Shown one piece after another: positions 63,385 through 64,000 of a DNA stretch of 64,000 bases (positions are counted from its first letter, which is position 1; the number at the start of each line of letters is the position of its first letter). This DNA comes from Laetmonice hystrix. Taxonomy: Eukaryota. The DNA lies in NCBI GenBank assembly GCA_965235115.1, contig OZ249440.1, positions 34,598,001 through 34,662,000 of the forward strand, read 5' to 3'. Below the pieces are notes generated by a model. That model was not told the origin of the DNA. It did no database searches and saw only the letters and a list, made by a program, of their open reading frames with translations. Position numbers and translations under genes: made by a program.

Positions 63385-64000
63385 CAGTCAAACCTGGATA
63401 ATCCGACCATGTTGGTTTTTTTTAATAAAGTGTCGGATCTTCAATATGTCGGATTACTGAATCTAGGTCAGATGGGTCAGATGGAGTGGACTGTGGTGGG
63501 GGTGGGGGTGGGAGGTGAGCTGGTACTTAAAGCGGTATTGAAAATAAAATAAAAGTGTATTCATTTATTTAATGTAGTAACTTTATACATGTACATTGTA
63601 CATAAAATAATGAAGGCACAAATTTATACATCGTTTAGGAAGTCAGTGATACATGATTGGCGAGTCTTGTTTGCAGTGGTTTCATTGACTGACATCATGA
63701 GAGATGACAGAAACGGGATCTGGGCTGAATGGGCGGTGTTCTCCTCACAAAACTTAATGGCTCCTAAAAGGTAGCGTCTCATCTGTTTGGCGGACGTGGG
63801 TGGGGCACAGTCTTTGTCAGACGGGGCGTGGTCATCTGGGTCAGGTGAGGATTCATCAGGAGACGGGCAGGAGGTGGAGGGTTCTGGAACGACAAAGCGG
63901 ATGATGGCCTCGTCAGTCAGGGATTCCCCAGTGTCGATGCCGCTGTCCACATCGACGTACTCTTTGCCAGAGAGAACGGAATCTTCAGGTAGCAGGTGGC
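63385..64000 (-). mobile_element. pogo/Tigger transposon 3' end
   Basis: TA|cagtcaaacctggataatccgac terminus; C-terminal LTDEAIIRFV..RQSCITDFL on -. Confidence 0.75.

Overview
Animal genomic DNA, probably from a marine invertebrate (inferred only from the TE families and GT-AG introns). No ordinary host gene is recognisable. The 64 kb is a nested mosaic of transposon remnants: nine 5'-truncated copies of one RNase H-bearing I-group LINE with an (ACTC)n tail, several internally deleted Gypsy-like LTR elements and a solo LTR, two spliced MULE transposase genes, hATw-like, ZNF862-like hAT, EnSpm/CACTA, Harbinger, pogo/Tigger and Kolobok-like pieces, Helentron-type satellite-carrying elements and many MITEs. 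Four things stand out. (1) Strand polarity: about 18 of 21 non-LINE coding remnants face +, while 9 of 9 LINE copies face -, which resembles a uni-strand piRNA-cluster-like trap repeatedly hit by one LINE. (2) A six-exon DUF3987/YfjI-like P-loop ATPase gene can be reassembled across several insertions and fits no TE superfamily I can name. (3) Three transposase C-termini end in a Spindlin/Ssty-like Tudor domain. (4) Gypsy elements carry extra ORFs and a shared structured U5 motif. All family calls are by-eye motif recognition; no database search was run.
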